A stretch of DNA of 61,341 nucleotides, filler included. It is 9 parts of 9 records of this genome, joined end to end, with 100 filler letters (N's around TTAATTAATTAA, not from the genome) between each part and the next. Parts side by side here need not be neighbours in the genome. Positions count along the whole stretch, not along the records: positions 16,345 to 27,555 come from SRR20825010_2736; positions 27,656 to 30,987 come from SRR20825010_2737; 7 more parts are not named here. One strand, written 5' to 3'. Each line of letters starts with the position of its first letter. The stretch's first letter is position 1. The translations under genes were made by a program, and so were the position numbers. This document shows, in pieces, positions 19,143 through 29,658 of this stretch. The notes under the pieces are model-generated. The model did not search any database. It had not been told where the DNA came from and saw only the letters and a list, made by a program, of their open reading frames with translations.

Positions 19143-20192
19143 ATGAGCAAGTTTTGTATCCAGTTTTTATTGTTTTGTATTATAGTTTTAACTGTAGGCT
19201 GCAGTTCCACCAAGGAAATTGTCCTTCATACTATAGAACCTTCACCTGTACATATTTCCCAAAAAATTAAAAGGATAGGTATCGTTAATAGAAGTATACT
19301 GCCACAGGCAGATGAGGATGAAACAGGCCTTAACGGAATGGTGGCCGCTGAAGAACAATGGCTTTCGGAGCAGGGCAGGAATGCTGCCTTAACGGGATTG
19401 TTCAACGAATTATTAAAGGACAACCGTTTTGAAACTATTAAAATTTTGGATTCGATACCCCATGAAATTTTACATTTTGAGATGGGAAACGATTCTATTT
19501 CCTGGGCCTCTGTTGAAAATATTTGTAATACTTATGATGTGGATGCCATCTTTTCAATGGCCTTTTTTGATACGGAAACCAAAGTATCCATTAAAAAAAC
19601 CTCAATGATGCAACCAAACCTCATGAGGGTGAAAGTTAAGGTACCGGCCCAAGAGCTTACCTTGGAAACCCTTATTGAAAATGGTTGGAAAATATACTAT
19701 CCCAAATCCCAGGAAATAATTGATGAGATAGTTTTTAACGATCAAGTTATTTCCAAGGGCAAAGGCACCAATCCTATAGAGGCATATAAGGCCATAGAGG
19801 GTAGAAAGGAAACCCTTGTGGAACAGAGCAAGGCCACGGGCAGCAATTATGGACAGCGACTATTACCTTTCGAAAACAGTGTTGAGAGATCATATTATGT
19901 GCGCGGCACCACGAATTTTGAACAAGCTTATACATTAGTGGAAAACGGGGATTGGCAGGGTGCTGCACAACTTTGGGAAAAGGAATTGGATAATTCCAAT
20001 TCTAAAATTGCAGGCCGTGCCTGCTACAATATGGCGGTTATGCATGAAATTAATGGCTACCTTACATCCGCTATAGATTGGGCAACGAAATCTTACAAGG
20101 ACCATGAAAACAAAGATGCCCTGGAATATTTGGATATACTTAAATATAGATCATTTCAAAATCAAATTTTGGAACAACAGGTTTCTAGATAA
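19143..20192 (+). CDS. DUF6340-like lipoprotein, copy 2 (tandem paralogue)
   Basis: Lipobox LTVGC after MSKFCIQ; colinear with copy 1. Confidence 0.8.
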   Translation: MSKFCIQFLLFCIIVLTVGCSSTKEIVLHTIEPSPVHISQKIKRIGIVNRSILPQADEDETGLNGMVAAEEQWLSEQGRNAALTGLFNELLKDNRFETIKILDSIPHEILHFEMGNDSISWASVENICNTYDVDAIFSMAFFDTETKVSIKKTSMMQPNLMRVKVKVPAQELTLETLIENGWKIYYPKSQEIIDEIVFNDQVISKGKGTNPIEAYKAIEGRKETLVEQSKATGSNYGQRLLPFENSVERSYYVRGTTNFEQAYTLVENGDWQGAAQLWEKELDNSNSKIAGRACYNMAVMHEINGYLTSAIDWATKSYKDHENKDALEYLDILKYRSFQNQILEQQVSR

Positions 20193-20264
20193 ATACATCA
20201 ATTAAATAGAGCTACAGCAACATCTTCAATTGGATAATCATAATGTTATTGAACTTGGCAAGTC

Positions 20265-22085
20265 TTAAAATGACTGCATGGTAACCAACTTCTTATAGAC
20301 CCCATCTTTATCCATTAGTTGTGCATGGGAACCTTGTTCCACAATCTCACCCTTTTGCAGTACCACTATAGTATCTGCATTTTGTATGGTGGAAAGCCTG
20401 TGCGCTATGACAATAGAAGTTCTATTCTGCATCATTTTTTCCAAGGCATCCTGTACCAATCTTTCGCTTTCCGTATCCAAGGCAGAGGTGGCCTCATCCA
20501 GAATCATGATGGGCGGATTTTTAAGAACAGCCCTGGCAATGGAGAGCCTTTGTTTTTGTCCTCCGCTTAATTTATTTCCGCTATCCCCAATATTGGTATT
20601 ATAGCCCTGGGGCAGCTCACTAATAAAATCGTGGGCATTGGCTATTTTTGCAGCTTCAATTATTTCTTCCTCCGTAGCTTCTTCTTTTCCGAGTCCAATA
20701 TTATTTTTAACGGTATCATTGAACAAAATGGAATCCTGGGTTACAAGTCCCATTAAATTGCGAAGTGATTTTTTGGTAAATTCCCGAATATCAATGCCAT
20801 CTATTTTTATTTCACCTTCATTTACATCGTAAAAGCGGGTCATTAGGTTGGCTATGGTACTTTTTCCGCTTCCAGATTGGCCTACAAGCGCTACGGTTTT
20901 ACCCTTTGGCACCTTTAGATTAAATTTTTTCAACACATACTCATCCTCATATTTAAAGGAAACATTTGTAATATCAATTCCCTCATCAAATGTGGGTTTT
21001 ACAATAGCTTCCTTTTTCTCAACAATTGGATTTTCGGTTTCCAATATTTCCAATACCCTTTCCGCGGCGGAATTACCTTTTTTAACCCCAAATGAGGCCT
21101 TACTAATAGCTTTTGCAGGGGTAAGAATGTTGTACGCAAGTCCCATATAGGCAATAAAAGAGGAAGCATCCAGAGTTTTATCTATCAAGACCATTTTTCC
21201 ACCAAACCAAAGCAGTACTCCAATGACCAATATCCCTAAAAATTCTCCAGTAGGGGAAGCAAGGTTTTGTCTGTTCAACAATTTGTTGGAAAAGTTGAAA
21301 AACCTATTGGTGGAAGTGGTAAAGGTTTTATAGAATCTAGATTCGGAATTAAAGGCCTTAATAACCCTCAAACCGCCCAAAGTCTCTTCTACGATGGATA
21401 AAAACTGACCTTGTTCCCGCTGTACGCGGTCCGATTTCTTTTTCAGGGATTTTCCGATCCTTGAAATGATCATTCCCGCTATAGGGATAAAAATAAATAC
21501 GAACAGGGTAAGTTTGGTACTTATCCCGAACATGATTACTATGGTAAATAATATGGTCAAAGGCTCCCTGACAATGAGTTCCAAAATGGATAGGAAGGAA
21601 TGTTGAATCTCCAATACATCCGAAGTAATGCGGGCGATAACATCTCCCTTTCGCTTCTCCGAATAATAGGAAATTGGCAAATCCACTATTTTGGCGTACA
21701 TCTTATTTCTGATGTCTTTTAGCACCCCATTTCTTAAAAAGGTAATAAAATACATGGCCAGATAATTGAAGAAATTCTTTAAAAGAAAAAGAATTAATAC
21801 CAATCCAATGACCAGGACCAAGCCTTTCATTTCATCATCACCGGAATATGCATTGACCCTAAAATTAATATAGTCCTGCAAATAATCCTTTAATTGGCCC
21901 ATCCCTTCATAGACCGGTTCTACCAAAACCTTTTTTTCTGGTTTAAAAAGAACGTCCAACATGGGGATTAGGGCCGCAAAGGAAAGGGCACTAAAAAGGG
22001 CGTATAGAATATTAAAAAAAATGTTTAAAAATCCGTATTTACGGTAGGGTTTCGCAAAGCGAAGAATTTTTTTAAAATACTCCAT
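20265..22085 (-). CDS. MsbA-like ABC exporter (TMD + NBD)
   Basis: GQSGSGKS, LSGGQKQR, ILDEATSALD, IAHRLST. Confidence 0.93.
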   Translation of the reverse strand: MEYFKKILRFAKPYRKYGFLNIFFNILYALFSALSFAALIPMLDVLFKPEKKVLVEPVYEGMGQLKDYLQDYINFRVNAYSGDDEMKGLVLVIGLVLILFLLKNFFNYLAMYFITFLRNGVLKDIRNKMYAKIVDLPISYYSEKRKGDVIARITSDVLEIQHSFLSILELIVREPLTILFTIVIMFGISTKLTLFVFIFIPIAGMIISRIGKSLKKKSDRVQREQGQFLSIVEETLGGLRVIKAFNSESRFYKTFTTSTNRFFNFSNKLLNRQNLASPTGEFLGILVIGVLLWFGGKMVLIDKTLDASSFIAYMGLAYNILTPAKAISKASFGVKKGNSAAERVLEILETENPIVEKKEAIVKPTFDEGIDITNVSFKYEDEYVLKKFNLKVPKGKTVALVGQSGSGKSTIANLMTRFYDVNEGEIKIDGIDIREFTKKSLRNLMGLVTQDSILFNDTVKNNIGLGKEEATEEEIIEAAKIANAHDFISELPQGYNTNIGDSGNKLSGGQKQRLSIARAVLKNPPIMILDEATSALDTESERLVQDALEKMMQNRTSIVIAHRLSTIQNADTIVVLQKGEIVEQGSHAQLMDKDGVYKKLVTMQSF

Positions 22086-23800
22086 TAACCTATATTCAGT
22101 TCTTTAAGGATTCTTTCAATTTTAGCATCCAACTCGGCGTCTACTTTTTTATAATCGGCCGCATTCTTCAATTCTGTATTGATACTAAAATAGAATTTGA
22201 TCTTTGGCTCCGTACCACTTGGTCTGGCGGCCATTTTGGTCCCATCCTCGGTAATGTAAATCAATACATTGGATTTTGGAATGTCTATAGGAGTTACTTT
22301 TCCTGTTAGGACATTCTTAGAGGTTGCGGTATTGTAATCTTCCACAACAACAACTTTTGATCCGTCAATACTTTCAACGGGATTATCCTTAAAATCGATC
22401 ATCATCTGCTTAATCTCTTCCGCTCCGGACATTCCTTTTTTGGTAAGGGAAATTAGTTTTTCTTTAAAAAATCCATAGTCCACATAACAGTCTATTAAAT
22501 CCTTGTAGAACGAACTGCCATTTGCTTTGGCATTGGCACCAATTTCACAGGCCAATAGGGTAGAGGTTACCGCATCCTTATCGCGTACAAAATCCCCGAC
22601 CATAAAACCAAAACTCTCCTCGCCACCACCGATAAAGGGCTGGTCCGGAAAATCTTTGATCATTTTGGCAATCCATTTAAAACCTGTCAACGCTGTCTTG
22701 CATTCCACCCCATAGCCCTTAGCCAGTGAGTCCATCATAGGTGTAGAAACAATGGTGGAAGCTATAAATTCTTTTCCTGTAATTCCTTTTTTCTTCCTTT
22801 GGTCCAACAAAAACTTGGTCATCATGATCATGGTCTGGTTACCGTTCAGGATTTCCATTTCTCCCTCAAGGTTACGAACGGCTACCCCAAGACGGTCGCT
22901 ATCCGGATCGGTACCAATTACCATATCAGCACCAATTTCCTCTGCCTTTTTAATGGCCATGGATAGGGCTTCGGGCTCTTCAGGGTTTGGCGATACCACC
23001 GTTGGGAAATTGCCGTCCGGTTTGGCCTGTTCCTCAATAATGGTTACATTTTTATATCCGGCCCTTTTAAGTACTTCAGGGATTGCCGTAATTGAAGTTC
23101 CATGAAGGGAGGTAAAGACAATTTTAAAATCGTCCTTGCCCTTGGCATTGAAGTTCCCATTTTTCACGGAAGCTTCAATAAAGGCTTCATCTACCTTTTT
23201 GTCTATTAATTCTATTAAACTTTCATCTGCATTGAATTTGATATCTTCAAAGGAAAGGCTATTTATTTCACTAACTATGGCACCGTCCTGTGGTGGTACT
23301 ATTTGTCCCCCATCTGTCCAGTACACTTTGTAGCCATTGTATTCCGGTGGATTATGCGAAGCCGTTAAAACAATACCGGCGTGACAGTTCAAATATTTTA
23401 CGGCAAAGGATAGTTCAGGGGTAGTGCGTAATTCCGAAAAAAGGAAGACTTTAATACCATTGGCAGCAAAAACTTCGGCAACGGTCCTGGCCAAAGTATC
23501 ACTGTTATGTCTACAGTCGTAAGCAATAACTACTTTAACCTGTTCCTTATTATATACCTGCTTTAGGCAGTTACTAAGACCTTGGGTACTTTTGCCCAAG
23601 GTATATTTATTTATTCTATTGGTACCGGCACCCATAATTCCGCGCATTCCCCCAGTACCAAATTCAAGGTTCTTGTAAAAGCGGTCTTTTAACTCTTCGG
23701 TATTACTATCTATCAACTTTTGAATCTCGTTCTTGGTCTTGTCGTCGAAAAAATCGGTCAACCAATTTTTGGCATTTTTCAGTATGGCTTCCATAGTCAT
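22085..23800 (-). CDS. Phosphoglucomutase/phosphomannomutase
   Basis: FGTGGMRG, TASHNP, DPDSDR, GEES, RPSGTEPKIKFY. Confidence 0.94.
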   Translation of the reverse strand: MTMEAILKNAKNWLTDFFDDKTKNEIQKLIDSNTEELKDRFYKNLEFGTGGMRGIMGAGTNRINKYTLGKSTQGLSNCLKQVYNKEQVKVVIAYDCRHNSDTLARTVAEVFAANGIKVFLFSELRTTPELSFAVKYLNCHAGIVLTASHNPPEYNGYKVYWTDGGQIVPPQDGAIVSEINSLSFEDIKFNADESLIELIDKKVDEAFIEASVKNGNFNAKGKDDFKIVFTSLHGTSITAIPEVLKRAGYKNVTIIEEQAKPDGNFPTVVSPNPEEPEALSMAIKKAEEIGADMVIGTDPDSDRLGVAVRNLEGEMEILNGNQTMIMMTKFLLDQRKKKGITGKEFIASTIVSTPMMDSLAKGYGVECKTALTGFKWIAKMIKDFPDQPFIGGGEESFGFMVGDFVRDKDAVTSTLLACEIGANAKANGSSFYKDLIDCYVDYGFFKEKLISLTKKGMSGAEEIKQMMIDFKDNPVESIDGSKVVVVEDYNTATSKNVLTGKVTPIDIPKSNVLIYITEDGTKMAARPSGTEPKIKFYFSINTELKNAADYKKVDAELDAKIERILKELNIG

Positions 23801-23839
23801 TTGGTGTTATATGTTCTTAAAAATACAAAGAATATTCAT

Positions 23840-24796
23840 TTATTTTTCGGAGAGATTTATTTCTTCTGTGATATTGTAACGGGTTTCGTTCTTGCGAGAT
23901 CTTACCATTATTTCCCCTAAAAAGCCAGCAAGGAAAAGTTGGGTCCCTATAACCATGGCTATCAGTGCAATATAAAATTGTGGTCGCTCGGTAATTAGGC
24001 GCCCAAAAGGGTTGATGAATACTTTATCGATACCTAAATAAAGGGCAAATCCAAAACCAATTGTAAACATTAGGACTCCCAAAGCACCAAAAAGGTGCAT
24101 GGGGCGTTTTCCAAACTTGGAAACGAACCAGATGGTAATCAGGTCCAAAAAACCATTGATAAAGCGGTCCATGCCAAATTTGGTCTTCCCATATTTTCTG
24201 GCCTGGTGCTGTACTACTTTTTCATCTATTTTATGGAATCCGGCACTCTTCGCCAATACTGGAATATATCGATGCATTTCTCCGGAAACTTCAATTGTTT
24301 TTACAACTTCCTTTTTATAGGCCTTTAAGCCGCAATTAAAATCATGCAATCTTACCCCAGAGGTTTTACGGGCAGCCCAATTAAACAACTTGGAGGGAAG
24401 GTTTTTACTGAGTATGGAGTCGTATCTCTTTTTCTTCCATCCGGAAATAAGATCGAACCCCCCTTTTTGGATCATTTCGTATAATTCAGGAATTTCCTCT
24501 GGATTATCCTGTAGGTCTGCATCCATAGTAATTACCACCTCGCCTTGTGCCGCCTTAAATCCTGCATGAAGGGCCTGTGATTTCCCAAAATTCTTCAAGA
24601 AGCGTATACCCTTTACGTTAGGATTGGATTTTCCCAATTTGCTGATAATGTCCCAAGAACCATCGGTACTTCCATCATCAATAAAAAGTATTTCATATAA
24701 AAAATGATTGGATTGCATTACGCGTACAATCCAATCATGCAGTTCTGTCAACGATTCTTCTTCGTTAAGTAAGGGAATTATTATAGATATATTCAT
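23840..24796 (-). CDS. GT2 glycosyltransferase (ArnC/GtrB-like)
   Basis: IIPLLNEEE, IDDGSTD, MDADLQD, DFNCGLKAY, two C-terminal TM helices. Confidence 0.92.
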   Translation of the reverse strand: MNISIIIPLLNEEESLTELHDWIVRVMQSNHFLYEILFIDDGSTDGSWDIISKLGKSNPNVKGIRFLKNFGKSQALHAGFKAAQGEVVITMDADLQDNPEEIPELYEMIQKGGFDLISGWKKKRYDSILSKNLPSKLFNWAARKTSGVRLHDFNCGLKAYKKEVVKTIEVSGEMHRYIPVLAKSAGFHKIDEKVVQHQARKYGKTKFGMDRFINGFLDLITIWFVSKFGKRPMHLFGALGVLMFTIGFGFALYLGIDKVFINPFGRLITERPQFYIALIAMVIGTQLFLAGFLGEIMVRSRKNETRYNITEEINLSEK

Positions 24797-24831
24797 TCGG
24801 TACTAATGGAAAATCTTTTCAAAAGTACAAA

Positions 24832-25356
24832 TTACTGAATAGTTTCTTTCTTTTTTAATATTAATGCTGGAATAAGTGATAATATAAGGCTTGCCACTAT
24901 ACTATATATGAGTCCAAATATAATTTGCCAAGAGGGTGTGGTGAATTTTTTGCCCATTTCCATTTGGGCGTCAATTTGCTCAGGGGTCATTTTAGTGGTT
25001 TCCATAAGCATACCTTTTTGGTATTCCATGGCTTTGTTCATCATTTCAGGGTCAATAACGCCTGCTAGGATCTGATTGAAAATAATTCCAATTATACCAG
25101 CGATCAGGCCAATACCGACACCAATTTTTAAACCTTCCCCAAAGGACATAAAACCATTATTGTCCTTTTTAAACTGCATCATGCCAATAACAATCATTGC
25201 TATGGTAATAATTAGGCTAATACCCATTACCATAGGACCTCCTTGATAATGCATATCCAAAGAATATAACATAAATATAAATACTACACTGATTGCCCCG
25301 AGGATAAGACCATAGGTCAAAGCATATTTTCCTGTTTTTGGTTTGGTTTCTTCCAT
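24832..25356 (-). CDS. DUF4199 family membrane protein
   Basis: Four TM helices, NNGFMSFGEGLKIG and IDPE motif; typical Bacteroidetes context. Confidence 0.8.
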   Translation of the reverse strand: MEETKPKTGKYALTYGLILGAISVVFIFMLYSLDMHYQGGPMVMGISLIITIAMIVIGMMQFKKDNNGFMSFGEGLKIGVGIGLIAGIIGIIFNQILAGVIDPEMMNKAMEYQKGMLMETTKMTPEQIDAQMEMGKKFTTPSWQIIFGLIYSIVASLILSLIPALILKKKETIQ

Positions 25357-25480
25357 GTTGATTATATATTTAATAGTTTTTATGGTTAGTGTTAACAGTC
25401 TTAAATTTGTTACAATTAAAGGTAGGTAATTTTTATTTTTCTTTTTTAAGGTTTTAAGTTGTTCTTTTCAGAAAAATATT

Positions 25481-25488
25481 TAAATTTG
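25481..25488 (+). promoter_or_regulatory. Bacteroidetes -7 promoter element
   Basis: TAAATTTG upstream of the L31 gene. Confidence 0.6.
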
Positions 25489-25523
25489 CACCTCGAAATT
25501 AAGCAGGAACAAACGTTTTTACA

Positions 25524-25775
25524 ATGAAAAAAGATATACATCCAGGGAATTATAGATTGGTAGCCTTTAAGGACATGTCCAATGAAGAGGTTTTTATCAC
25601 TAAATCCACAGCCGATACCAAAGAAACTTTAGATGTTGATGGAGTTGAATATCCATTGGTTAAATTGGAAATTTCAAGAACTTCACATCCATTCTATACA
25701 GGTAAGGCCAAATTTTTGGATACTGCAGGACGTATCGATAAATTTAAGAGCAAATACGAGAAGTTCAAAAAATAA
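25524..25775 (+). CDS. rpmE2: 50S ribosomal protein L31 type B
   Basis: MKKDIHP.NYR.V.FKD...[12 protein letters not shown]...AGRIDKF; no Zn-ribbon cysteines. Confidence 0.95.
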   Translation: MKKDIHPGNYRLVAFKDMSNEEVFITKSTADTKETLDVDGVEYPLVKLEISRTSHPFYTGKAKFLDTAGRIDKFKSKYEKFKK

Positions 25776-25799
25776 TATTTTCTTTACAAAAGAGTTATT

Positions 25800-25826
25800 A
25801 AGTCACGCTGTTGCGTGACTTTTTTT
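25800..25826 (+). terminator. Rho-independent terminator
   Basis: AAGTCACGC-TGTT-GCGTGACTT plus T run. Confidence 0.85.
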
Positions 25827-25842
25827 GTTTTAATTTAGTTGT

Positions 25843-27018
25843 ATGAACTATATTCTTTTTGACGGTACTGTAAGAAGGGCCTTGTTACCTTTTACCTTTA
25901 CCAGGCCGGTTGCAGATATTAGAATCGGAATCCTCACCATCAGGGAAAAGTGGGAAAATTATTTAGGGAACACCATAACCACTATAACCGAGGACTATCT
26001 GTCCGAAAGATTCCCTATGGTTGAAATGGACGAGAATGTACTTATAAATGCGTCCTTTTTGCCCAATACCGAATTGGTAAACCTGGTAGCCAATTTAAAT
26101 GAAAAAGAGGCTGTGTTTTATGGGGAGGAGGTTATAGCCTTTTATACAAAGGAGACTCAGGAAGAGGTCGATTTTTCAACCTACACCCATATTGAATATG
26201 AAGGTCCCTTACTTCGCATTGAAAATACCTGGGATATCTTTTCAAAAAATGGGGAGGCTATGCAGGCAGATTTTGAGCTGTTGACCAAAGGAAGAAAAAG
26301 TGCTCCCATCTCCAAGACCAATAGTTTAGTAAACCCTGAAAATATATTTTTGGAAGAAGGAGCAAGTGTTGAATACAGTATATTAAATGCTTCCGAAGGA
26401 CCTATTTATCTTGGTAAAAATTCTGAAGTTTGGGAAGGCAACCTTATTAGAGGTGGTTTTGCCCTGTGCGAAAAGGCAGTGGTAAAAATGGGTGCCAGAA
26501 TCTACGGCCCCACTACCGTTGGACCCTATAGCAAAGTATGTGGTGAAATTTCCAATTCTGTACTTATAGGATATTCCAGCAAGGGCCATGAGGGTTATCT
26601 CGGTAATTCGGTACTCGGGGAATGGTGCAACATAGGCGCCGATTCCAATAATTCCAATTTAAAGAACAATTACGCAAAGGTGCGATTATGGAATTATGAT
26701 ACAGAGAAATTTGAACAGACCGGACTGCAATTCTGTGGACTAATGATGGGCGACCATAGTAAAACTGCCATTAATACCATGTTTAATACCGGAACGGTAA
26801 TAGGGGTAAACTGTAATATTTACGTCCCCGGATTCCCTAGGAATTTTGTTCCCAGTTTTAGTTGGGGAGGGGCTTCCGGTTTCACTACATACCAACCCCA
26901 AAAGGCTTTTGAAGCAGCAAAGGTAATGATGGCACGTAGGGGGGTGGAATTCAATGAAATGGATGCCAAGATATTGAACCACGTTTTTGAGGAAACCAAA
27001 CGATGGCGTAAGGAGTAA
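25843..27018 (+). CDS. GlmU-family putative sugar nucleotidyltransferase/hexapeptide protein (Bacteroidetes)
   Basis: LLPFTFTRPVADIRIGILTIREKW; left-handed beta-helix repeats; SNLKNNY. Confidence 0.88.
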   Translation: MNYILFDGTVRRALLPFTFTRPVADIRIGILTIREKWENYLGNTITTITEDYLSERFPMVEMDENVLINASFLPNTELVNLVANLNEKEAVFYGEEVIAFYTKETQEEVDFSTYTHIEYEGPLLRIENTWDIFSKNGEAMQADFELLTKGRKSAPISKTNSLVNPENIFLEEGASVEYSILNASEGPIYLGKNSEVWEGNLIRGGFALCEKAVVKMGARIYGPTTVGPYSKVCGEISNSVLIGYSSKGHEGYLGNSVLGEWCNIGADSNNSNLKNNYAKVRLWNYDTEKFEQTGLQFCGLMMGDHSKTAINTMFNTGTVIGVNCNIYVPGFPRNFVPSFSWGGASGFTTYQPQKAFEAAKVMMARRGVEFNEMDAKILNHVFEETKRWRKE

Positions 27019-27077
27019 CTACTACTTAATAAATTAAGCAAACCCTTGGCAATACCCTATGGGTTCCCAATAATTGG

Positions 27078-27085
27078 TATATTTG
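27078..27085 (+). promoter_or_regulatory. Bacteroidetes -7 promoter element
   Basis: TATATTTG upstream of mtaB. Confidence 0.55.
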
Positions 27086-27141
27086 CAAACGTTTTGGATT
27101 AATGTATAAGAAACCGAATTCTATTCGGTCTAAGAAGAACA

Positions 27142-27555
27142 ATGATGAAAAAAAAGGTCGCTTTCTATACCTTGGGCTGCAAGCTCAATTTTTCAGAAAC
27201 TTCAACCATAGCTAGAGATTTGGTAGAGGAGGGCTTTGAGCGCGTGGAATTTTCTGAAAATGCGGATATGTATGTCATCAATACCTGTTCCGTTACGGAA
27301 AATGCGGATAAGCGATTTAAGTCGATCGTCAAGCAAGCACAAAAAAGCAATCCAAATGCATTTGTTGCAGCCATAGGCTGCTATGCACAGCTTAAACCAG
27401 AAGAATTGGCCGCGGTAGACGGTGTTGATCTTGTTTTGGGGGCCACCGAAAAATTTAAGATTGCCGATTATGTCAATGATCTTTCCAAAAACGATTTTGG
27501 CCAGGTACATTCCTGTGAAATAGAAGAGGCCGATTTTTATGTGGGCAGTTATGCC
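27142..27555 (+). CDS. mtaB: tRNA t6A37 methylthiotransferase MtaB (3' truncated)
   Basis: TLGCKLNFSE, INTCSVTENAD, GCYAQL. Confidence 0.9.
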
Positions 27556-27655
27556 NNNNNNNNNNNNNNNNNNNNNNNNNNNNNNNNNNNNNNNNNNNNT
27601 TAATTAATTAANNNNNNNNNNNNNNNNNNNNNNNNNNNNNNNNNNNNNNNNNNNN
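27556..27655. other. Artificial contig linker
   Basis: N44-TTAATTAATTAA-N44. Confidence 0.98.
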
Positions 27656-27767
27656 TCTTGCCGTCGTCCACACTGCCGCAGGTGAGTAGGCGCAGCAGTT
27701 CCTTGTTTTCGTGTTGCTTCAGGTAGGCCTGAATATCTTCCGCAATCAGATCAGACTGGTGTGCCAT
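27656..27767 (-). CDS. cysN: Sulfate adenylyltransferase subunit 1, N-terminal fragment
   Basis: Manual translation [37 protein letters not shown]; 1 nt after cysD. Confidence 0.92.
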
Positions 27768-27768
27768 C

Positions 27769-28677
27769 TTAGAAATACCCTTCCCGCTTTTTCTGTTCCA
27801 TGGAGCCGGCCGAATCGTGGTCGATCACGCGGCCCTGACGTTCGGAGCTGGTTGCCAGCAACATCTCCTGGATGATCTCCGGCAGCGTGTCTGCCTCGGA
27901 TTCGATGGCGCCGGTCAGTGGGTAACAGCCCAGGGTGCGGAAACGGATGGATTTCATCATCGGCTTTTCGCCTTCTTTCAAAGGCATGCGGTCGTCGTCC
28001 ACCATGATCAGCGTGCCATCGCGTTCCACGACGGGCCGCTTGGCAGAGTAGTAAAGTGGCACGATTTCAATGTTTTCGAGGTAGATGTACTGCCAGATAT
28101 CCAGCTCGGTCCAGTTGGACAGCGGGAATACCCGGATGCTCTCGCCTTTGTTGATCTTGCCGTTGTAGATGTTCCAGAGCTCAGGGCGTTGGTTCTTTGG
28201 GTCCCAGCGGTGGTACTCGTCACGGAAGGAATAGACGCGCTCCTTGGCACGGGATTTTTCCTCGTCCCGGCGAGCGCCGCCGAAAGCAGCATCAAACTTG
28301 TACTTGTCCAGGGCCTGTTTGAGGGCCTGGGTTTTCATCACGTCGGTATGCTTGGCGCTGCCGTGAGTAAAGGGGCCGATGCCCTGTTTGATCCCGTCCT
28401 CGTTCTTGTGGACGATCAGGTCCAGGCCATACTCTTTTGCTTTGCGGTCCCGGAATTCAATCATCTGCTTGAACTTCCAGGTGGTGTCCACGTGTAAGAG
28501 CGGGAAGGGCAGCTTGCCGGGATGAAAGGCTTTGCGGGCCAGGTGCAGCATTACTGCGGAGTCTTTCCCGATGGAATAGAGCATGACCGGGTTGTCGAAC
28601 TCGGCTGCAACTTCCCGGATGATGTGGATGCTTTCAGCTTCCAGCTGTTTGAGATGCGTCAGGTTGTAAGTGGTCAT
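27769..28677 (-). CDS. cysD: Sulfate adenylyltransferase subunit 2
   Basis: [40 protein letters not shown]. Confidence 0.97.
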   Translation of the reverse strand: MTTYNLTHLKQLEAESIHIIREVAAEFDNPVMLYSIGKDSAVMLHLARKAFHPGKLPFPLLHVDTTWKFKQMIEFRDRKAKEYGLDLIVHKNEDGIKQGIGPFTHGSAKHTDVMKTQALKQALDKYKFDAAFGGARRDEEKSRAKERVYSFRDEYHRWDPKNQRPELWNIYNGKINKGESIRVFPLSNWTELDIWQYIYLENIEIVPLYYSAKRPVVERDGTLIMVDDDRMPLKEGEKPMMKSIRFRTLGCYPLTGAIESEADTLPEIIQEMLLATSSERQGRVIDHDSAGSMEQKKREGYF

Positions 28678-28839
28678 CGTGTCCTGTTACCGCTTTGCGT
28701 GCCTCCGGATTCGATAGAGGCTGGGCGTGTGAATGCCGCCATGATACCAGATCAGGCCACGGCATAAGAAGTCGGGTAACTAGAGTTTACTGCTATAACA
28801 ATATAGCGGCAGGAAAGGCTGGAGGGTAAAACTTCCGAG

Positions 28840-29244
28840 TTAGTGCGGCGAGGTGGAAAGCAGTTTGCTGACGTAGTTGTTCACGTAGTCGAAACCATTG
28901 CCTTCGAACTCCGAGAACTGGATGCCGAGCTGGAACTGGTCGCGGGCAATTCGTCGCATGTGGACAATGTTGCCTCCGGCGATCACAGAAACGGGTTGGT
29001 TGGCAACAACCGGCACAGAGAATGTCGTTGTTACGGATATCCAGTTTCCGGGTGCCGGTGTTTTCTGGCCGGGAACCAGTTTTCTCACGGAGTCCTGATC
29101 ACAGAGGACCATCAGGCCGGTTCGGGAAATGTTGGAGACTTTACAGGTAAGGCAGCTGCCGTCGGTTTTTTCAATCCGGGCTTCGGTAGCGACATCGACG
29201 CGTTGTTGGTTGCGTAGGTTTGGCTTGGCGGCAACTGGTTTCAT
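28840..29244 (-). CDS. PilZ domain protein
   Basis: RxxxR (RNQQR) and NISRTG motifs; GIQF. Confidence 0.85.
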   Translation of the reverse strand: MKPVAAKPNLRNQQRVDVATEARIEKTDGSCLTCKVSNISRTGLMVLCDQDSVRKLVPGQKTPAPGNWISVTTTFSVPVVANQPVSVIAGGNIVHMRRIARDQFQLGIQFSEFEGNGFDYVNNYVSKLLSTSPH

Positions 29245-29658
29245 AGTCACTCTTCTTGCGTCTCTGGTTTCAAAGCAGGCAGCCTTACCCATCGTTCAAT
29301 CCTTTATTATTTTTACTCGCTGCCTTCTTTCCAGGCACGCTTTCTATACACACGAGAAAGCCAGCCAATTGTCATAAATCTGCAATATGGCGAGTGCGAA
29401 AAACAGCAAGCGCTTGTTGTTTCGATCTTAACTTCCTGAAAGTCTAGTTGTTTGTTTGATGATCAGCAAGTTGCCTGTCGCCAAAACTGTCAGATTTGTG
29501 AACTGAATGTGAGCGTGGTGTCACCAATATCGATTCGGAGCGCTCGCGATCAGGCGGATACGAAGGACAGCTGTTACTTACGGTGTCGGATTGGCTGCGG
29601 TAAACTACGCACCAACATCCACCGGGGCCGCCAACGGCTCCACGATTTCGTGCAGGTT

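Noticed and set aside
27769-28677. PAPS-reductase-fold gene as a DndC/SspD partner of the DUF262 nuclease
   Set aside because: It is canonical cysD followed by cysN, on an unrelated contig.
29452-29658. N-terminal extension of RimO
   Set aside because: Upstream of the conserved start region and not protein-like; ATG 29659 preferred.
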